Of a DNA stretch of 32,000 bases, positions 7,937-15,492 are shown piece after piece (position 1 is the first letter of the stretch; every line of letters starts with the position of its first letter). Under the pieces are notes generated by a model. That model had not been told where the DNA came from. It saw nothing but the letters and a program-made list of their open reading frames with translations, and did not search any database. Both the position numbers and the translations under genes were made by a program. Origin of the DNA: Nitrosopumilus sp. (GTDB taxonomy: Archaea > Thermoproteota > Nitrososphaeria > Nitrososphaerales > Nitrosopumilaceae); assembly GCA_965238065.1 (NCBI GenBank), contig OZ250170.1, positions 1,118,422-1,150,421 on the forward strand. Reading direction: 5' to 3'.

Positions 7937-8626
7937 ATGAATCTGGGTTCTCTTTTTTCAGGTGGAAAAGACAGTACTTGTGCCATCCATCTGGCACAAA
8001 AACAAGGACACAAAGTCACATGTCTTTTGAGCGTCTTTACAAAATCAGAAGAAAGCCATCTATTACATCATCCAAATTTGAGATGGACCAGATTGCAATC
8101 AGAATCCATGAAAATTCCACAATTAACCATTCATTCAAAGTCTGATGAGACAGACGATGAGTTGTTTGCACTAGAGAACCTGTTGCAAAATGCCAAAGAG
8201 CAGTTTCATATCAAGGGATTAGTTCATGGCGGAATCAAGAGTCGATTTCAAAAAGAAAAATTTGAAAATCTCTGCTCAAAATTAAACTTGGTTGCAGTTG
8301 CACCGCTGTGGAACACAGAACCAGAGCAATACATGAATGATTTACTGGATGCCGCTTTTGTTTTTATCATTACAACCGTATCTTCTGATGGTCTAGATGA
8401 CACTTGGCTAGGAAGACCAATATCAAGATCAGATATCATCACTTTGCGGCATTTATCTGACAAATTTGGATTCAACTTGAACTTTGAAGGTGGCGAGGCA
8501 GAAACATTTGTGATCAGTTGCCCTCTCTTTTCAAATTCGATCAAGATTATTCAGGCCAAAAAAACATGGGACGGATACAGGGGAAGGTTTGAAATAATGG
8601 ATGCTGGACTGAATTACAATGCTTGA
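7937..8626 (+). CDS. dph6: diphthine-ammonia ligase-like ATP-pyrophosphatase (MJ0570/Dph6 family)
   Basis: 229 aa. Contains the N-terminal SGGKDS PP-loop, PLW, and C-terminal EGGEAETFV motifs. Confidence 0.8.
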   Translation: MNLGSLFSGGKDSTCAIHLAQKQGHKVTCLLSVFTKSEESHLLHHPNLRWTRLQSESMKIPQLTIHSKSDETDDELFALENLLQNAKEQFHIKGLVHGGIKSRFQKEKFENLCSKLNLVAVAPLWNTEPEQYMNDLLDAAFVFIITTVSSDGLDDTWLGRPISRSDIITLRHLSDKFGFNLNFEGGEAETFVISCPLFSNSIKIIQAKKTWDGYRGRFEIMDAGLNYNA

Positions 8627-9944
8627 TGGGCTAAAGGACAGTTTGGGTGCGGCAATCAAAAAGATTGTAAGGTCTTCAGGTATAGATGATGAACTTATCA
8701 GGGAACTCTCTCAAAATGTTCAGAGGGCATTACTGCAATCCGATGTCAATGTCAGACTGGTTCTTGAAATTACAGAACGGCTAGAGAAACGTGCACTAAA
8801 TGAGACTCCTCCTCTTGGCCTTTCACGCAAAGACCACATTGTCAAGATACTATACAGTGAACTCTCAAAACTACTAGGAACAGAGTCTGATTTTGATTTC
8901 AAGCCTGGAAAACAAAACAAGCTGATTTTACTTGGAATTCAGGGTAGCGGCAAAACCACAGTTACATCAAAACTTGCCAAATTTTTAACCGGTCAGGGAT
9001 ACAAGGTCGGAGTTGTGGGTGCAGATACCTACAGACCCGGAGCACTAGTTCAGCTCAAAACGATGTGTGAAAAATCAAACGTGGAAGTGTATGGTGAGGA
9101 GAACAATAAAGACTCGCCTAGTATTGTAAAAAATGGTCTAAGACATTTTGGAGGAGAGTCATTGGATGTAATTCTAATTGATACTGCAGGACGTCACAAA
9201 GAAGAGAAAGGCCTGCTTGAAGAGATGAACAGAATTAACAAAGTTGCAGAGCCTGATTTGGTATTGCTTGTAATTGATGGAACCATTGGACAGGAATGTC
9301 ATGCCCAAGCAGAGGCATTTCACAAAACTATTCCGGTGGGGGGCGTAATCATTACAAAGCTTGACAGCTCTGCAAATGGTGGAGGTGCACTTGCAGCATC
9401 TGCTGCTACGGGTGCACAAATAATGTACATTGGTACTGGTGAACGGATTGATGATCTTGAAAAATTCTCCCCTACACGATTCGTTGGACGATTACTTGGG
9501 ATGGGTGATGTTCAGGCAGTATTGGATATGGCAAAACGATTGGAAAATGAAGGAGGTAGTGTAAGGATGAAGAGGATTGCTAGTGGAAAAATGAACATTG
9601 ATGATTTCTTTTACCAGCTAGAAGAGGTTACCAAGGTAGGCTCATTTACAGGATTCCTTGAGAACATACCTGGTTTTTCAGGAATGGTAAAAGATGATCA
9701 AATGGACAAGTTGGAAGACAAGGTATCAAAATGGAGATACATCATTCAGAGCATGAACAAGGATGAAAAAGCAGAGCCTGACTTGCTTAATTTATCGAGG
9801 ATTAAACGAGTTGCCCGCGGTTCCGGATGTTCTGAAGGCGATGTTAAAGAACTAGTAAAAAATTACAAAAACTCAAAAAATATAATGAAGGCATCCAAAG
9901 GACGTCAAATGCAAGGCACGCTTAGAAGAATGGGATTAGGATAA
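8619..9944 (+). CDS. srp54: signal recognition particle protein SRP54
   Basis: 441 aa. GTPase motifs GIQGSGKTT, DTAGR and TKLD, plus a Met/Lys-rich M domain. Overlaps the upstream gene by 8 nt. Confidence 0.95.
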   Translation: MLDGLKDSLGAAIKKIVRSSGIDDELIRELSQNVQRALLQSDVNVRLVLEITERLEKRALNETPPLGLSRKDHIVKILYSELSKLLGTESDFDFKPGKQNKLILLGIQGSGKTTVTSKLAKFLTGQGYKVGVVGADTYRPGALVQLKTMCEKSNVEVYGEENNKDSPSIVKNGLRHFGGESLDVILIDTAGRHKEEKGLLEEMNRINKVAEPDLVLLVIDGTIGQECHAQAEAFHKTIPVGGVIITKLDSSANGGGALAASAATGAQIMYIGTGERIDDLEKFSPTRFVGRLLGMGDVQAVLDMAKRLENEGGSVRMKRIASGKMNIDDFFYQLEEVTKVGSFTGFLENIPGFSGMVKDDQMDKLEDKVSKWRYIIQSMNKDEKAEPDLLNLSRIKRVARGSGCSEGDVKELVKNYKNSKNIMKASKGRQMQGTLRRMGLG

Positions 9945-9967
9945 TCCCACATAATGATTCTTCGGAC

Positions 9968-11110
9968 ATGTCTGATTATCAAAAAATCATCCCTATTGCA
10001 AACCAAATCCTAAAAAGATACGAACTGTGTGAGAACTGCCTGGGAAGGTTGTTCTCAAGACAATTACACCTTTCATCAAACAGGCTTCTTGGCAAAAGAC
10101 TGAAAAAAAATCCAGACTCTGCTCAAAAGTGCTATATCTGCAAGAATCTGTTTGAGAGACTAGATCGCTTTATAGGATTGATGCTTGATGCCTCAACAGA
10201 TTACTCATTTTCATCATTTAGTGTGGGAGTCATGATCAAACCGTCCATTATTGACAGGGATGATTACATTCGCTCAGAATACAGGCTGAAAGGGATAGAC
10301 GGCATAAAGACTGACGTATCAAGAGAGTTGAGAAAGTCATTCTCCAGAAAAACAAAAAAGACTGTAGATCTTTTAGACCCGGACGTGACTTTTACGATAA
10401 ACGCAAAGGATGAGTCCTGTCAGTTGCGTTCAAAATCAATATTCTTTTCTGGAAGATACCTCAAGACATCAAGAGGGATTCCACAAAAACAGTGGTCTTG
10501 TACGAATTGTTCAGGGAAAGGATGCCGAATGTGTAATTTCCACGGAATCTCAGAATTTGACAGTGTAGAGGGAATAATCTCGCAATTCTTTTTTAAAAAA
10601 TTTGGCGGAACTATTGCAAAATTTACATGGATTGGTAGTGAAGACAAATCCAGTCTGGTTTTGGGTACAGGAAGACCATTTTTTGTCAAGATTCAAAATC
10701 CCCTAAAAAGAGATTTGAGATTAACTTCGGTGACATTTGATTCTCTCAAGATGATTCATCCCAAGATCATACAAGAACCTCCAAAGAAACATCCCAAATT
10801 TAATTCATCAATAGAGATAAAAATTTCCACAGAGGATGAGGTTGATTTAAGAAATCTAAAAAAATTATCCAGCCTCCAAGAACAACCAATAGTAATTTAT
10901 GAAAAATCAGGAAAACGTTCTGAGAAGAGAGTGTTTTCTGCAAGATACAAAAAGAATTCCAGCAAGACCTTTACCCTGTTTATCAGAGTTCAAGGCGGCC
11001 TACCAGTAAAGAGATTTGTAACCAGTGATAATGTAGTGCCAGGAATTTCACAGATTCTCAACACACCATGTATTTGTCAAGAATTTGATTTTCTTGATAT
11101 CGAGGTATGA
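9968..11110 (+). CDS. pus10: tRNA pseudouridine synthase Pus10
   Basis: 380 aa. N-terminal CxxC pairs (CENC..CYIC), a second Zn cluster CTNCSGKGCRMC, and the catalytic region GSEDKSSLVLGTGRPFFV. Confidence 0.85.
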   Translation: MSDYQKIIPIANQILKRYELCENCLGRLFSRQLHLSSNRLLGKRLKKNPDSAQKCYICKNLFERLDRFIGLMLDASTDYSFSSFSVGVMIKPSIIDRDDYIRSEYRLKGIDGIKTDVSRELRKSFSRKTKKTVDLLDPDVTFTINAKDESCQLRSKSIFFSGRYLKTSRGIPQKQWSCTNCSGKGCRMCNFHGISEFDSVEGIISQFFFKKFGGTIAKFTWIGSEDKSSLVLGTGRPFFVKIQNPLKRDLRLTSVTFDSLKMIHPKIIQEPPKKHPKFNSSIEIKISTEDEVDLRNLKKLSSLQEQPIVIYEKSGKRSEKRVFSARYKKNSSKTFTLFIRVQGGLPVKRFVTSDNVVPGISQILNTPCICQEFDFLDIEV

Positions 11111-11188
11111 ATGGTTGTATCTACCTTTACGCCTAAACTGATTAGAATAGTTGGATTTACAGACATACATGTTATTTGCTAACTATAT

Positions 11189-12304
11189 GTGAAGAAAAAG
11201 GCAAGGAATTCAGATAGCATAAAGAATGAATCGGGTAGACCAAAGATCCGTAAATCGCCTTCAAAGAGAACAATTCCAAAGAAACAGATTAGGGATAAAG
11301 CAGAAAATATCATATATGTTGGAATTGATCTGCACAAGAAATTTCATCAAGTGGCCGTTATGAATAACAAGGGAAAGATAACACGAAATGAAAGAATAGA
11401 AAACACACAACAGGCAATCAGACAAATGTTCTCAAAGATACCTCTTTCTGCCAGTATCGTCATGGAATCATCATCAGTTTGGTATGGAGTGTACAGATTC
11501 ATGACAGATGTACTGGGATACAAGGTAGTGTTGTCAAATCCTTATCTTACAAAGGCAATTGCAGCATCAAAGAAAAAGACAGACAAGATTGATGCAGCGG
11601 TACTGGCAGATCTCTTACGTGGAGGATATATTGCAACATGCTTTGTTCCAAGTGATAAAATTGTAAAGGCACGTCAGCTTGTACGGTATAGAAGAAAGTT
11701 GATCCAATGGAGGACATCTGCAAAGAACTGTATTCATGGAATTCTGTTACAAAATGGAATAAAGATTCCTGGAGCAACATTCACAGGATTATACATGAAA
11801 AGACTCTGTGCCCTAGGGGATTACCGTATTGATGGCTTTATACGACAGATAGAATCACTAAATGATATGATTTCAGACATTAATGCAAAGATATATGCCA
11901 CAGTTAAAACCAATTCTGATGCAATGCTACTAAAGACAATACCTGGAGTAGGTGATTACACAGCACTGGTGATTGCATCTGAAATAGGAGGAATCTCTAG
12001 ATTTAATGACTCTCACAAGCTTGCAGCATATGCAGGAGTGGTCCCATCAGTTAGAAACTCTGCAGATACAATACATCATGGACGTATAACAAAGAAAGGC
12101 AGCATGACATTGAGATGGGTCTTGATTGAAGCTGCACATTCTCATGCATTACATGCACCAAATAGTAATATTACACAATTTTACAATCGTATCAAGAAAA
12201 AGAGAGGCAGTTCCAAAGCTGCAGTAGCTACAGGATCAAAAATGTTGCGAGTCATATACTGGATGTTAAAAGAGAAGAGAGAGTTTGTACAAAATTATAG
12301 TTAG
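11189..12304 (+). CDS. IS110-family (DEDD) transposase/recombinase
   Basis: 371 aa from GTG. Motifs: YVGIDLHK, VMESSSVWY, KTDKIDAAVLADL, C-terminal IPGVGDYTALVIASEIGGISRF and ITKKGSMTLRW. The canonical ATG seen in copy 5724-5726 is ATA here (11312-11314). Confidence 0.9.
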   Translation: MKKKARNSDSIKNESGRPKIRKSPSKRTIPKKQIRDKAENIIYVGIDLHKKFHQVAVMNNKGKITRNERIENTQQAIRQMFSKIPLSASIVMESSSVWYGVYRFMTDVLGYKVVLSNPYLTKAIAASKKKTDKIDAAVLADLLRGGYIATCFVPSDKIVKARQLVRYRRKLIQWRTSAKNCIHGILLQNGIKIPGATFTGLYMKRLCALGDYRIDGFIRQIESLNDMISDINAKIYATVKTNSDAMLLKTIPGVGDYTALVIASEIGGISRFNDSHKLAAYAGVVPSVRNSADTIHHGRITKKGSMTLRWVLIEAAHSHALHAPNSNITQFYNRIKKKRGSSKAAVATGSKMLRVIYWMLKEKREFVQNYS

Positions 12305-12511
12305 GACCATAGGTCGCGTTATGAATCATGAGGGTAAAGACCTCGCTTGCTAATTGCGGTTGATCCTAACTCAGGGATGAAGATAGCATTGAGGATCAAA
12401 ACCTCGTATAGATAATTATCCGCGTCCTGTATCATTTGAAACATATCTCTAGCGTATGCTATACTACACATGCTGAAAAAGGATAAAATGCTTAAAAAGG
12501 TCTCACATAGA
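12305..12511 (+). ncRNA. 3' non-coding tail of IS110 element; candidate guide (bridge/seek-like) RNA region
   Basis: No ORF. Hairpins at 12330-12344 (GAGG/CCTC) and 12360-12399 (TTGATCC/GGATCAA). TATGAATCA (12320-12328) is complementary to the target right flank TGATTCATA. Function is inferred only. Confidence 0.3.
12491..12498 (+). promoter_or_regulatory. TATA-like box near IS110 right end (candidate circle-junction promoter)
   Basis: CTTAAAAA lies 13 nt from the right end. After end-to-end joining it would lie at -29..-22 relative to GTG 11189. Confidence 0.3.
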
Positions 12512-12669
12512 TGATTCATACCTTTTTTCTCTTCAATTGCTCTAACAAATTAATCGGTTAATCATTGAAAATTAACCAAGTTTTTTTGACAAGATTTTGT
12601 TCGATATTGATCTCAAAAAAAAAATAGAACAAATTCATTCAGTATGATTGTAAAATAGATCAAATATTT

Positions 12670-13047
12670 GTATGTATCAACCTCTACGCCTAAATCCGCT
12701 AGAATAGTCAAGACGTTATAGGCATAAAACATGTTCTTTGCTTGATTCATACGATAAAACGATACCGGCGTGGTGATGATATTATGAAAAAGTTTGGAAT
12801 AAAGCTGAAAAACGCACGAAATGACCTGTTCACATTTGTGATGTGTCTTGGCGTGCCATCAACTAACAATGATGCGGAAAACTCTATTCGAAAATGTGTG
12901 ATGCTGAGAAATGTACGGGGTCAGCTGAAAAGTGAAAATAGGATGAAGATACTTTCAGTATTTCTAACATGTTTTGAAATATGAAGAATTAAAAATTAGA
13001 ACGGCCTAGTTGAGATAGGAAAATACATTTAGATGCATGATTCATAC
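12670..13047 (+). mobile_element. MITE-A copy fused to the last ~295 bp of an IS66-type element
   Basis: 12670-12752 is a full MITE-A. 12753-13047 matches the 3' end of IS66 copy 20324-20620 (rc), ending ..TAGATGCATGATTCATAC. Flanks AAATATTT and CTATTTGT do not match. Confidence 0.75.
12742..12984 (+). pseudogene. IS66-family transposase C-terminal fragment
   Basis: The 80-aa ORF is near-identical to the C-terminus of the 20339-21700 product (IKRYRRGDDIMKKFGIKLKNARNDLFTFVMC.GVPSTNNDAENSIRKCVM). Confidence 0.9.
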
Positions 13048-13085
13048 CTATTTGTTTTTGAAAAATTGAAAAGACTTATGCTATG

Positions 13086-13150
13086 GGGTACACCGTATGT
13101 TTTTTGATGTGTTTGATAAAACACATTATTTCATGTGTTAAAGTGTACCC
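13086..13150. other. nested inverted repeats (possible bidirectional terminator or structured RNA)
   Basis: Outer arms are GGGTACAC (13086-13093) and GTGTACCC (13143-13150). The inner perfect hairpin is ATGTGTTT-GATA-AAACACAT (13107-13126). Confidence 0.4.
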
Positions 13151-13224
13151 TTGTTTTTAATACCGCTTTTTTACTTGAATATTTACAAAATAATTCATTT
13201 CAACAACATCATTAGCTTCCAAAA

Positions 13225-13884
13225 TTACTTTACTTTTCTAGCACTATCAATTCTTTCTACAAATTGATCCACAGCATTCTCATCAATTAAAGATAAAACT
13301 TTAAGGTCATCAACAGTGTTTAGTTGCTTTTTTGCTATCAATAGTATTTTATCTCTTTCTTTTTTTACATCAGAACGAAATTTGTTAGAAAATAAACAAT
13401 GCCAATTTTCTGCAAGTTTCATCTTTTTTTCACATATTAGGACAAAAGATGCCAAATAAAGTTGATATTGAAACTTTGATAGTGTTTCATATTCTAATTT
13501 CAAACAAGTATAATCAGCTATAGCAAGCCTAAAGTCCTGAAGACATGTCACAGATTGAATGTGTTCAGATAACCAGTCATCAAACAAAGAGTAAGAAATG
13601 AAATATTCGTTACACAGTAATAGTGCAGATATCACAATTACTACAATTATGATAGTAATAAAATACTCAAACACAATATATTCTGACAGGTACGTTGGTA
13701 AAAGAACAGATATACAGGCAATAAGAGACATCATGCCAACTATCTGCAGATGTAATCCACGTCGAGTTTGATTATCACGCGCAATAAACAATATTCGTAT
13801 TCGAGAATCCAACAGCTCACGATATGCCTGATTTCTATCTCGTAATGATTCTATATCCACTATAATGAAGTAAAAAAGAATCAA
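13225..13884 (-). CDS. orphan membrane protein (2 predicted TM helices), very AT-rich
   Basis: 219-aa ORF from TTG 13884; the first in-frame ATG is at 13734. Hydrophobic stretches MMSLIACISVLLPTYL and FITIIIVVIVISALLL. No motif I recognise. Confidence 0.5.
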   Translation of the reverse strand: MILFYFIIVDIESLRDRNQAYRELLDSRIRILFIARDNQTRRGLHLQIVGMMSLIACISVLLPTYLSEYIVFEYFITIIIVVIVISALLLCNEYFISYSLFDDWLSEHIQSVTCLQDFRLAIADYTCLKLEYETLSKFQYQLYLASFVLICEKKMKLAENWHCLFSNKFRSDVKKERDKILLIAKKQLNTVDDLKVLSLIDENAVDQFVERIDSARKVK

Positions 13885-14091
13885 GTTAAATCTTTGCCTG
13901 ATTTGCCTAAACCCAAGTATAGAATATTAGCAAAATTTGGGATTTTTCCGTGTAGATCAAATTTCACACTGTTCAGAATTTGGGACATTTGGTAAGATTC
14001 ATTCCTGAAAAAATACAGTAACCTCAGTTAGAATTGCGTTTTTGACCACAAATATGATAACAATTAACTAGAACTGGAATTGTAAAACAGT

Positions 14092-14190
14092 ATGCCAATA
14101 AGAAAGAAAGGTAAACACAAGAGACATGCTGATCAAAGGGCCGACACACGTAGAAGAAAAAAGGCTAAATCAGGTAAAGCCAGATCCTAA
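14092..14190 (+). CDS. possible 32-aa highly basic peptide
   Basis: MPIRKKGKHKRHADQRADTRRRKKAKSGKARS*. Below the ORF-track cutoff. The stop lies 2 nt before the IS110-delta left end. Confidence 0.25.
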   Translation: MPIRKKGKHKRHADQRADTRRRKKAKSGKARS

Positions 14191-14192
14191 CT

Positions 14193-14743
14193 AACTATAT
14201 GTGAATAAGGGGCAAGGAACTCGGATAGCATAGAGAATGAATCTGGCGAATCAGAGATCCGTAAATCGCCTTCAAAGAGAACAGGTTCAAAGAAGCAGAT
14301 TATGGATAAACCAAAAAATATCATATATTGGGTATTGATCTACACATGTAGCCTCTTCAAGTGGCAGTCATGAATAACAAGGAAAAGAGGACACAGAACA
14401 AAAAAAATAGAAAATACACAACTGTAGATAGGAGAGTGTTTCATTTGGAGCAAAAAATACTAATCAATCAAATAAATTAGATGGGAAAAGCTAGAATGAG
14501 ATTGTGTAATTCCATCAAATGTGGCACTTTTCTGTCTACTGCACAACAGACAATCGCAGTTATTCTCAATGATGTCACTTTCTACCAGTATCGTCATGTA
14601 ATCATCAGTTTGGTATGATATATTGGGGATCAAACCATGTATGGATAAATGTCCGCATCTTTTATCATTTGAAACATATTTCTAGTAAAAGATATACTCC
14701 ACATACTGAAAAAAGATGAAATACTTGAAAAGATTCACATGGA
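14193..14743 (+). mobile_element. IS110-type element, internally deleted and degenerate
   Basis: 5' ~230 bp (AACTATATGTGAATAAGG.. with stops) is joined to the last ~125 bp of the 3' tail (..GATTCACATGGA). Carries a nested MITE-E. Flanks are CCTAACT | TAAATCAACC, not MITE-A. Confidence 0.75.
14422..14540 (-). repeat. MITE-E (119 bp) nested in IS110-delta, 5-bp TSD CACAA
   Basis: CACAA occurs at 14417-14421 and 14541-14545. Removing the element restores the IS110 sequence ..AATACACAACAGACAATC... Confidence 0.8.
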
Positions 14744-14784
14744 TAAATCAACCTTTTTACATTCAAAATTCTCGATGAGGGACA

Positions 14785-15492
14785 ATGGATCCGCTAGTAC
14801 GCCTGAGAGATGCGCATGCCAAAGGAATGATTCCTGATGACGTGTATGATCTTACAGTAAGACGTTTTCCCATTACTGTTTCAGGAATAAACAGGATTGA
14901 AAAAGCATCTGGAATTAAATTTCCTATTGCATATGTAGAGCCATCTCTTGTAATATCATCTCCTGACCCAAATTCCTACGAGTATGGAATCTTGTTTGCA
15001 AGAACAATCCCGGTATTGTATGAGGAAAAGTTTCAAGTCGTAATCCAGATTTCCGCACCGCTGGTTGCCTATGGACTGAAAGGGGCAATTCATGCAATTT
15101 TGGCGCACGAGTTCTTACATTTTCTGGAACTAATAAAAAAGATTTCAAAGATGGAGTTACTCTCAGATGAAATTTCCGGGAATTTATTTGAAAACGTTTA
15201 CAGTGATGAGACCAGGTTGTTTGAACCAAGAGTGGTATTCAAAGATCGTACTTTGTTAGATCACATCACAAGAAAATTTCCAGTAGGTTTTCGTGATTTT
15301 AAACTTGAAGACAAGACCATAAAATTTTGGGCCGACAGGGATCTTCCTAGAACAAACATCTCTTTGGATACCAACACTGTAAAGTTATCCGTAGAATCTC
15401 TCTCAAAAATCAAACTAGATCCCGCATTTATTTCAAAAATCGAGCAATTACAAGAAAAAAGTTCCAAAATTCGCAAGAAAAAATTGTACTAA
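14785..15492 (+). CDS. hypothetical protein with HExxH metallopeptidase-like motif
   Basis: 235 aa. Contains AILAHEFLHF, with a Lys-rich C-terminus. Confidence 0.6.
   Translation: MDPLVRLRDAHAKGMIPDDVYDLTVRRFPITVSGINRIEKASGIKFPIAYVEPSLVISSPDPNSYEYGILFARTIPVLYEEKFQVVIQISAPLVAYGLKGAIHAILAHEFLHFLELIKKISKMELLSDEISGNLFENVYSDETRLFEPRVVFKDRTLLDHITRKFPVGFRDFKLEDKTIKFWADRDLPRTNISLDTNTVKLSVESLSKIKLDPAFISKIEQLQEKSSKIRKKKLY

Larger units (their letters stand above)
11181..12511 (+). mobile_element. IS110-family insertion sequence, apparently intact (1331 bp)
   Basis: Ends inferred by comparison with empty MITE-A sites: AACTATATGTGAAG... to ...GGTCTCACATAGA. No TSD and only a weak terminal IR (CTAT[A]TGTGA). 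One long ORF plus a 207-nt 3' non-coding tail. Confidence 0.85.
11114..12521 (+). repeat. MITE-A copy split by the IS110 element (parts 11114-11180 and 12512-12521)
   Basis: Left part is GTTGTATCTACCTTTACGCCTAAACTGATTAGAATAG...CATGTTATTTGCT. Right part is TGATTCATAC. Starts 3 nt after the pus10 stop. Confidence 0.75.

Noticed and set aside
8720-9419. Antisense ORFs inside srp54, and similar antisense ORFs inside adh, pus10, apgM, the coiled-coil gene, the subtilase fragment and the permease
   Set aside because: Each is fully embedded opposite a strongly supported gene, with low-complexity or Ser/Cys-rich translations.
12319-12519. 66-aa minus-strand ORF in the IS110 3' tail
   Set aside because: The equivalent region in the degenerate copy (14620-14743) does not keep the frame. 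The region is better explained as a structured non-coding end.
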